This document shows positions 63,414 through 64,000 of a stretch of DNA of 64,000 nt, one piece after another. The translations under genes were made by a program, and so were the position numbers. The stretch covers positions 36,332,001 through 36,396,000 of the forward strand of contig OZ287755.1 in NCBI GenBank assembly GCA_965649765.1. Direction: 5' to 3'. The DNA comes from Bispira polyomma. Taxonomy: Eukaryota. Position 1 is the first letter of the stretch. Each line of letters opens with the position of its first letter. The notes below the pieces were generated by a model. The model had not been told where the DNA came from. It saw only the letters and a program-made list of their open reading frames with translations, and made no database searches.

Positions 63414-64000
63414 TTGGCAATCCAAGGCCATTGCAAAAGAGTGTCGAAGACATTCAGGAATCTCTCTCCTTGGGTATCATTTGTGCTGATCCTTTCGGGT
63501 GATATCAGTCTAAATCCTGGCCCTGATCCTAGACTTTTCTCCAGGTGTCTGCTCAACGTTAGATCCATAAGGAACAAGTCTGCTGCTTTCCTGGATTTTG
63601 TAAAGAACAGTTAGGCTGATTTTATCGCAGTCACAGAGAGTCACTCAGTATCTGAGCAGGACTTTACAATCCTCCCCCTCTAAATCATGTAACCTGACCC
63701 CATTCCGACCTCACTGGTCAAAGAGTGTATTGACATACTTGCAACACCAATTACTCACTCAAGGAGGGCAGTTTTCCAAACTGCTTTAAGACTGCTCATG
63801 TCACCCCTTTACTAAAAAACCTAGCTAGAAACAGAAACAAAAAACCCAGCCAGAGACAGAAACATCCTAAAAAATTACAGACCGGTGTCGAATCTCAGTT
63901 TTATTTTAAAACTCATTGAGAAGGTCGTGGCTAAACAGCTTAATGGATTCATCTCCTAAGAAGGTATTGCAAATGTTAACCAATCTGCATACCGGCGCTC
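63414..64000 (+). mobile_element. Internally deleted L2/CR1-group LINE ORF2 (APE start fused to RT start); runs off the window
   Basis: LILSGDISLNPGP, LLNVRSIRNK, FIAVTE (APE motif I), then FKTAHVTPLLKK, NYRPVSNLSFILKLIEKVV, NQSAYRR; stops and frameshifts present. Confidence 0.85.

Overview
AT-rich, intron-containing animal genomic DNA, probably a lophotrochozoan such as a mollusc (inferred from gene and repeat content only). It is an innate-immunity locus heavily invaded by mobile DNA. Host genes: two intact, divergently oriented 6-exon secreted C1q-domain genes (minus 17586-10394, 231 aa; plus 50614-54080, 226 aa), assembled by hand from GT-AG junctions with consistent phases, and a decayed Toll-like receptor gene (minus 35857-33096) between them. 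Mobile DNA: at least five tyrosine-recombinase (YR; Ngaro/DIRS-order) retrotransposon copies, one with fully intact gag, RT-RNaseH and YR ORFs (minus, ~45701-40450); a decayed Gypsy element; an internally deleted L2/CR1 LINE; tRNA-SINEs with TSDs; Harbinger and pogo relics; MITE-like elements; and minisatellites. Four observations stand out. (1) The intact YR element seems to show its expression logic: a -1 ribosomal frameshift signal (A_AAA_AAC plus a 9-bp hairpin) joins gag to the ATG-less pol. (2) A conserved phase-1 splice donor in gag matches an acceptor just after pol and would produce a Gag(N)-recombinase fusion. (3) A type I hammerhead ribozyme fold lies at 86-171. (4) A miniature LTR element has a tRNA-like LTR, a tRNA-Ala PBS and a PPT at 63176-63377. 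All calls were made by eye; no database searches were run.
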